From a virus, in the IMG/VR virus record IMGVR_UViG_3300045988_008646, positions 1-5,037 of that record: a DNA stretch of 5,037 nt. One strand, 5' to 3'. Positions 1 to 3,936 of the stretch are shown here, piece after piece. Numbering within the stretch: the stretch's first letter is position 1; each line of letters begins with the position of its first letter. A program made the position numbers and the translations under genes. The notes under the pieces were generated by a model that saw nothing but the letters and a program-made list of their open reading frames with translations, was not told the origin of the DNA and made no database searches.

Positions 1-119
1 AGATTCTTCGTTCGCACTTTGGCGTTGTTTCTCCAGATTCTCGCCTCCAGCGTCCGGAATACCTTGGCGGATCTGAAAGCCCCGTTATTATCAATCCTGT
101 GGTGCAAAATTCCGCGACT
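1..119. repeat. Terminal redundancy: 1..119 is identical to 4919..5037. This is the circular-genome wrap-around (assembly overlap), not a biological long terminal repeat. Unit genome length is 4918 nt.
   Basis: Direct base-by-base comparison of the first 119 nt with the last 119 nt gives a perfect match. The VP1 reading frame is continuous across the junction (4918 is a codon start and position 3 is in frame). Confidence 0.95.
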
Positions 120-683
120 GGTTCAACCGGCGCAGAAACGCCGCAAGGCAACCTTGCCGCTTATGGTCTTGTGTCTTCGACTTCCGCGAAACACGGATTT
201 ACAAAATCGTTTGTTGAGCATGGTATCATTATTGGTCTCTTGAACGTCCGCGCTGATCTTACGTATCAGCAGGGTATTCCGCGTATGTTTAGCCGTCGTA
301 CTCGCTTCGATTTCTATTGGCCAGTTCTTGCGCATCTTGGTGAACAGGCTATTCTTAATAAAGAAATTTTTGCACAGGGTACCGCCGTTGATGATGCTGT
401 TTTTGGCTATCAGGAAAGATACGCAGAATATCGTTATTTCCCTAGCATGATTACTGGTAAGCTTCGATCTACGGATCCACAGTCTCTTGATGTTTGGCAT
501 CTCTCCCAGAAGTTTGATAACCTTCCGACGCTCTCTGCTCAGTTTATTCAGGATAATCCGCCTGTATCTAGAATTCTTGCGGTTCGGAATGAGCCTCAGT
601 TTATCATTGATTCGTATATTGAAATGAAATGTGCCCGCCCGATGCCGGTCTACGGTGTTCCTGGTCTTGTTGACCACTTCTAA
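1..683 (+). CDS. VP1: C-terminal part of major capsid protein VP1 (continuation of 3937..5037 across the circular junction). In-frame codons begin at position 3 and the stop TAA is at 681-683.
   Basis: Same frame as the ORF-track entry 99..683. The region 3..98 is open in this frame and duplicates 4921..5016. C-terminal sequence is ...NEPQFIIDSYIEMKCARPMPVYGVPGLVDHF*. Confidence 0.93.
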   Translation, partial: ILRSHFGVVSPDSRLQRPEYLGGSESPVIINPVVQNSATGSTGAETPQGNLAAYGLVSSTSAKHGFTKSFVEHGIIIGLLNVRADLTYQQGIPRMFSRRTRFDFYWPVLAHLGEQAILNKEIFAQGTAVDDAVFGYQERYAEYRYFPSMITGKLRSTDPQSLDVWHLSQKFDNLPTLSAQFIQDNPPVSRILAVRNEPQFIIDSYIEMKCARPMPVYGVPGLVDHF

Positions 684-698
684 GCGAGGTGATCTATT

Positions 699-1601
699 AT
701 GGGTTTTCTCAGTAAGTTCGGTGGTGCTATCCTTGGTGCTGGTAGTAGCTTACTTGGTGGTATCCTATCGAATAAGCAACAGAAAAAACAGTTTGACGCT
801 AATTATCAGTTGGCTCATGATCAGCTCTACGACCAACATCAAATTGAAGTTGCGGATCTGAAAGCCGCTGGTCTTAATCCGATCCTTTCGGTTAATGGTG
901 GTAATACTACTTTTGGTGCTTCTTCTGGCGGTAGCTATGAGAACCTTGGTACTGCTGCTACTTCCGGATATATGGCGGCTCAGCAAGCGAAAAATCTTGA
1001 GATGCAGAATGAGGCTATCAAGGCTACCGTCGAAAAGACACGTGCTGAAGCTAGTAATGTATTACAGGATACTAAGCTCAAGTCCGCTCAGACTTCGCAG
1101 GTACAGGGTGAGACTACTCTTATTCCGCTCCGTGCAGAAAATATCTCTACTCTTACGGCTCAGGCTAAACAACAGACTGAAGTTTTTAAAATGCAGGTGA
1201 AGGTTGCTGATGCGAATATAAGTAAGATTCTTCAAGATATTGAAAATAGCAAGCGTATTACGGATGCTCAGGTATCGGAACTTGGTACTCGTTCGGAAGC
1301 TAATCTTGCTCAAGCTGGTGCGGCTTCTGCGCTTGCCGCAAAGTCTTATGGTGAATTGTCTAGGCTTCAACAGTTGACTCCTTATGAAATTGATAAATTG
1401 GCCGCTGGCACTGCGGAAAATTTGGCTAGTGCGGCTAATCTTGATGCTTCTGCTAAGCGTACTCTTGAAGATTCGTTGCGTATTAAACTTGCGAATGAGC
1501 AGGAACAGTCCGTTCAGGATATCAAAACAGGTCCGGCTCATCGTTTTGGTACGTCTATGGGTGAATTATTGCGCTGGATGCCTTTCAGTGCGTTGAAATG
1601 A
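699..1601 (+). CDS. VP2: Minor capsid / DNA pilot protein VP2 (phiX174 H-like), 300 aa.
   Basis: ATG 699 with GAGGTGA (686-692) 6 nt upstream. It lies immediately downstream of VP1, as in gokushoviruses. Gly-rich N-terminus (FGGAILGAGSSLLGGILS), a conserved-looking LKAAGLNPIL motif, and a long Ala/Gln/Ser/Thr-rich, probably coiled-coil body. Confidence 0.85.
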   Translation: MGFLSKFGGAILGAGSSLLGGILSNKQQKKQFDANYQLAHDQLYDQHQIEVADLKAAGLNPILSVNGGNTTFGASSGGSYENLGTAATSGYMAAQQAKNLEMQNEAIKATVEKTRAEASNVLQDTKLKSAQTSQVQGETTLIPLRAENISTLTAQAKQQTEVFKMQVKVADANISKILQDIENSKRITDAQVSELGTRSEANLAQAGAASALAAKSYGELSRLQQLTPYEIDKLAAGTAENLASAANLDASAKRTLEDSLRIKLANEQEQSVQDIKTGPAHRFGTSMGELLRWMPFSALK

Positions 1602-1615
1602 AAGGAGTGTTTTAT

Positions 1616-1732
1616 ATGAAACGTCGTAAACTGTCTAAGAAAAAGTCTCGTAAGATCTTTACGAAAGGTGCCGTTAACGTTAAAAAACGTAATCTCCGCG
1701 CTCGCCCAATGCGCGGTGGTTTCCGGATTTAA
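1616..1732 (+). CDS. Small highly basic DNA-binding/packaging protein (J-like / gokushovirus ORF8-VP8-like), 38 aa: MKRRKLSKKKSRKIFTKGAVNVKKRNLRARPMRGGFRI.
   Basis: Strong RBS AAAGGAG (1601-1607) 8 nt before ATG 1616. About 40% Arg/Lys. The C-terminal RGGFRI resembles the conserved tail of gokushovirus J-like peptides. The stop is 2 nt before the VP4 ATG. It is below the ORF-track length cutoff. Confidence 0.7.
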   Translation: MKRRKLSKKKSRKIFTKGAVNVKKRNLRARPMRGGFRI

Positions 1733-1734
1733 TT

Positions 1735-2634
1735 ATGGCTTGTTATCATCCGATCGATTGTTGGCGCGTTCCGGACGCCAGCTCGAAATCGGGTTATCGG
1801 ATTGTGTTTGGTTCTTCTGGTTTGCCGCCTGAACGTGGCGCGGAACCTTGTACAATTCCCTGTGGTAAATGTATAGGATGCCGTTTGGCATATTCGAGAC
1901 AATGGGCAGTCCGTTGTGTTCATGAGGCTTCTTTGCATGACCGTAATTGTTTTTTGACTTTGACTTTTGATGATGTGCATCTTCCAGCTTCTGGTTCTGT
2001 GAGTGTACGTGATGTTCAGCTTTTCTTAAAGCGTCTTCGTAAGGCTTTATCTTATCGGAATATCAAAATCCGTTTCTTTGCTTGTGGTGAGTATGGTGAT
2101 AAAAATTTACGTCCTCATTACCATCTTATTTTATTTGGCTATGATTTTTCTGACGATCGTCAGCTTTTACGACAAACGCCTTATGGTCCGCTTTACATAT
2201 CTGATTTTTTGTTTCGTGTTTGGCCTTATGGCTTCCATACTATTGGTAATGTTACTTTTAAAAGCTGTGCTTATGTAGCGCGATACGTGACTAAAAAAGT
2301 ATATGGTAAGGATGCTCCTGCGCATTATCAGGGCCGTACTCCTGAATTTATTACTATGTCTCGTAAGCCTGGTATCGCTCACGATTGGATTGTTAAGTAT
2401 TTTAATGATGTTTATAATTATGATAAAGTTGTTTTGCCTGATGGCATGATTACGCGCCCCCCGGCGTATTATGATGAATATTTGCATTTGACGGATGCAG
2501 AAAAGTATGATATTCTGAAGGCACAGAGAAAGGCGACGGTTAAGCATGAATCGGTCACGCGCCTGCTCCAAAAGGAACAACATCAAGTTGAGGTTGCTAA
2601 AAAGTTGATTCGACCGATTGAAGGAGACCTATAA
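1735..2634 (+). CDS. VP4: Replication initiation protein VP4 (phiX174 gpA-like rolling-circle HUH endonuclease), 299 aa.
   Basis: Rolling-circle replication motif I FLTLTFDD (nt 1951-1974), motif II (HUH) PHYHLILFG with HYH at 2116-2124, and motif III AYVARYVTKK with tyrosines at 2272-2274 and 2284-2286, directly comparable to phiX174 gpA YVAKYVNKK. The N-terminal Cys cluster PCGKCIGCR is typical of gokushovirus VP4. Confidence 0.95.
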   Translation: MACYHPIDCWRVPDASSKSGYRIVFGSSGLPPERGAEPCTIPCGKCIGCRLAYSRQWAVRCVHEASLHDRNCFLTLTFDDVHLPASGSVSVRDVQLFLKRLRKALSYRNIKIRFFACGEYGDKNLRPHYHLILFGYDFSDDRQLLRQTPYGPLYISDFLFRVWPYGFHTIGNVTFKSCAYVARYVTKKVYGKDAPAHYQGRTPEFITMSRKPGIAHDWIVKYFNDVYNYDKVVLPDGMITRPPAYYDEYLHLTDAEKYDILKAQRKATVKHESVTRLLQKEQHQVEVAKKLIRPIEGDL

Positions 2635-2636
2635 CG

Positions 2637-2924
2637 ATGAAAGTTATTTATGCTATTTTTGACCGAAAAACAAACTCTTGTTCACTCTGTAAAGAAGCCG
2701 GAAATATTGAAGAGTTCCAGCGCTGGTTTGCCACTGTATTTCTTCGTGATTCTTCCATGTTTGCGCTTTATCCTCAGGATTATGATATTTATTCTGTTTG
2801 CACTTTTGATGATGAAAATATGACCATCCCGGATTTTCATCCGCCGACGTTGATTTGCTCTGTTGATGAACTTTTCGACATTTTCAAAATTCCGCGCCCG
2901 ACCGTTGCCCAGTCGGGCGAATAG
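2637..2924 (+). CDS. Hypothetical acidic protein, 95 aa. By position (immediately after VP4) it is possibly the VP5-like (phiX174 C-like) protein of gokushoviruses. No diagnostic motif recognised.
   Basis: GAAGGAG (2621-2627) 9 nt upstream of ATG 2637. The start is 2 nt after the VP4 stop. Third-position T bias matches the other genes. It ends in TAG 2922-2924 inside a terminator-like hairpin. Confidence 0.6.
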   Translation: MKVIYAIFDRKTNSCSLCKEAGNIEEFQRWFATVFLRDSSMFALYPQDYDIYSVCTFDDENMTIPDFHPPTLICSVDELFDIFKIPRPTVAQSGE

Positions 2925-2939
2925 GTTTTCTTATTTTTG
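2895..2939 (+). terminator. GC-rich hairpin (stem CGCCCGAC 2895-2902 / GTCGGGCG 2912-2919, 9-nt loop) overlapping the end of the 95-aa ORF, followed by the T-rich tract GGTTTTCTTATTTTT.
   Basis: Perfect 8-bp inverted repeat read directly from the sequence. A U-rich tract follows immediately after the stop codon. Confidence 0.45.
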
Positions 2940-2956
2940 CCGTTTCCTTTGCGGCG

Positions 2957-2990
2957 AGCCGCTAATGTTTGCATACGTTAGCGGCTTTTC
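2957..2990 (+). terminator. Rho-independent terminator-like hairpin: stem AGCCGCTAA (2957-2965) / TTAGCGGCT (2978-2986), 12-nt loop with 3 further possible pairs, then TTTT.
   Basis: Perfect 9-bp inverted repeat, GC-rich at its base, directly followed by TTTTCTCTTCCTTTG. It lies in the intergenic region after the VP4-VP5 block. Confidence 0.5.
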
Positions 2991-3014
2991 TCTTCCTTTG
3001 TTAGCCCTAGGGGT

Positions 3015-3097
3015 ATGGGGGGAAATGCCGCGGTTTACCTGATTTTGTCTGTTTTGTTGTTTAAGTTCTCTTGTGTTTTGCGGCAGGTTCCCCCCAT
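3015..3097. other. Long-range interrupted stem-loop: ATGGGGGGAA (3015-3024) pairs with TTCCCCCCAT (3088-3097) and TGCCGC (3026-3031) with GCGGCA (3080-3085). It encloses a 48-nt T-rich loop.
   Basis: 10-bp perfect plus 6-bp inverted repeat with one bulge (16 bp total). G6 and C6 homopolymer tracts. The palindrome CCCTAGGG (3005-3012) sits adjacent. Confidence 0.5.
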
Positions 3098-3125
3098 TAT
3101 TAGCTTAAGGATGTGATGTTATGTC

Positions 3126-3338
3126 ATGTTTAAAGTTCCTACTGCTTTTAATCGTTTCGTATTTGACGGTGTCGATCGTTGTGAGTATTGTCAATGCGTT
3201 TTGTACCACGTTGACGACTATGTGGCTGTTTGTTTAAATTGTGGTGCATGTTTTACTAGTAGTAATTTTAAACCTACTAGTCTATTTGAAGATACTTGTA
3301 GCGCGGATCCGCGCGGAAAGGAAGATCATGAAATTTAA
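3126..3338 (+). CDS. Small Cys-rich protein (70 aa) with a zinc-ribbon-like arrangement, CxxCxC-(11)-CxxCxxC. Accessory or hypothetical, not one of the core gokushovirus VP1-VP5 genes.
   Basis: RBS TAAGGA (3106-3111) 14 nt upstream. Very strong third-position T bias identical to the core genes. The stop overlaps the VP3 start by 11 nt. Cys at residues 19, 22, 24, 36, 39 and 42. Confidence 0.6.
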   Translation: MFKVPTAFNRFVFDGVDRCEYCQCVLYHVDDYVAVCLNCGACFTSSNFKPTSLFEDTCSADPRGKEDHEI

Positions 3339-3774
3339 TTCTCGTTATTCTGTTACCGGCGAAAAGTCGGGTATTAAGTTTGACCAGCCTTCGCAGACGC
3401 TCCAGTCTTTTAAAGATGATGCCGATATTAACTGTATTATTGCGCGTTTTGAGCATACCGGCGTTTTAGTTGATTCTACGGTTTCGGTTTCTCGCACTCC
3501 TCAATTTGGTGATTATTCTGACATGCCTACCTATCAGGAGGCGCAGAATGTCATTGTGGCGGCTAATAATGCGTTTAGTTCTCTCTCTTCTAAAATTCGC
3601 GAACGATTTGGAAATGATCCTGCCGCCTATTTTGATTTCGTTCAGTCCCTCAAAAAAGGAAGTGATGATTATGCTGAAGCAATTAGGCTTGGAATTATTG
3701 ACAAACCTCTTGACGGTACTCCTGAAGTACCTTCCGGACCTGTTGAAGGTGCCGGTGAAAAAGTAAATTCTTGA
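3328..3774 (+). CDS. VP3: Internal scaffolding protein VP3, 148 aa.
   Basis: ATG 3328 preceded by GGAAAGGAAG (3315-3324). The sequence MKFNSRYSVTGEKSGIKFDQPSQTLQSFKDDADINCIIARFEHTG...PQFGDYSDMPTYQEAQN...IRERFGNDPAAYFDF matches conserved gokushovirus VP3 blocks (PS.T.QSF, DIN.I..RF..TG, FGD, IR.RFGN.P). The ORF-track start at 3241 is a non-AUG upstream extension and is not used here. Confidence 0.9.
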   Translation: MKFNSRYSVTGEKSGIKFDQPSQTLQSFKDDADINCIIARFEHTGVLVDSTVSVSRTPQFGDYSDMPTYQEAQNVIVAANNAFSSLSSKIRERFGNDPAAYFDFVQSLKKGSDDYAEAIRLGIIDKPLDGTPEVPSGPVEGAGEKVNS

Positions 3775-3797
3775 CATTTTGCTAACGGTAAGCGCCG

Positions 3798-3833
3798 TCC
3801 GGCCAATTACACTACTTGATGTAATTGGCCGGA
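3798..3833. promoter_or_regulatory. Strong hairpin in the VP3-VP1 intergenic region: 13-bp perfect stem TCCGGCCAATTAC (3798-3810) / GTAATTGGCCGGA (3821-3833) with the 10-nt loop ACTACTTGAT. The loop/stem junction reads ACTTGAT-GTAAT, resembling the phiX174 origin core ACTTG^ATATTAAT.
   Basis: Inverted repeat read directly from the sequence. Comparison with the phiX174 gpA nick-site sequence from established knowledge. Its function as an origin is an inference. Confidence 0.4.
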
Positions 3834-3838
3834 GTGAC

Positions 3839-3851
3839 ACCGTTAAACGGT
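3839..3851. other. 13-bp palindrome ACCGTTaAACGGT immediately downstream of the hairpin. Possible protein-binding site.
   Basis: Self-complementary around a central A, read from the sequence. Confidence 0.3.
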
Positions 3852-3867
3852 TTACACCTCACACCCA

Positions 3868-3897
3868 TTGAATAATTTGTGAATTATTGTGAATTAT
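3868..3897 (+). promoter_or_regulatory. Putative VP1 promoter region containing a tandem direct repeat TGTGAATTAT x2 (3878-3887, 3888-3897) plus the degenerate copy TTGAATAATT (3868-3877). A possible sigma70-like pair is TTGAAT (3868-3873) -N18- AATTAT (3892-3897).
   Basis: Exact 10-bp tandem duplication seen in the sequence. Hexamers are weak matches to TTGACA/TATAAT. It lies about 40 nt upstream of the VP1 start. Confidence 0.25.
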
Positions 3898-3936
3898 GCA
3901 GCTTGTTGGCGAAGCCTTTGAGAAAGGATTAATAAT

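Noticed and set aside
123-677. 184-aa ORF on the minus strand inside VP1
   Set aside because: It is antisense to a strongly supported capsid gene. Microviridae genes are all on the packaged strand. The Arg/Lys/Asn-rich composition is the mirror image of + strand T-richness, and there is no RBS.
895-1596. Alternative-frame + strand ORFs (895..1200, 1384..1596) and the minus ORF 1062..1541 inside VP2
   Set aside because: They are Leu/Arg-rich low-complexity translations of the wrong frame of VP2 and lack the third-position T bias and RBS.
2078-2586. ORFs 2078..2278 (+) and 2167..2586 (-) inside VP4
   Set aside because: They are embedded in the conserved HUH replication gene, with hydrophobic or Ile/Asn-rich composition typical of out-of-frame AT-rich sequence and no start signals.
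2925-3120. CRISPR array or tRNA in the intergenic region
   Set aside because: There are no regularly spaced direct repeats and no cloverleaf-compatible arrangement. The structures are isolated inverted repeats.
3241-3327. Upstream extension of VP3 to 3241 (as in the ORF track), adding a hydrophobic 29-aa N-terminus
   Set aside because: It begins at GTG, not ATG, and lacks an RBS, and its third positions are not T-biased. The ATG at 3328 has a strong GGAAAGGAAG RBS and matches conserved VP3 N-termini (MKFNS...).
3771-3776. Perfect TTGACA -35 hexamer overlapping the VP3 stop codon
   Set aside because: No acceptable -10 element follows at 16-19 bp spacing (GCCGTC / CGCCGT). It is probably a chance match, and the following hairpin is more likely the functional element.
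3466-3840. ORFs 3466..3840 (-) and 3470..3766 (+, alternative frame) overlapping VP3
   Set aside because: Out-of-frame or antisense to a conserved scaffold gene, with no supporting signals.
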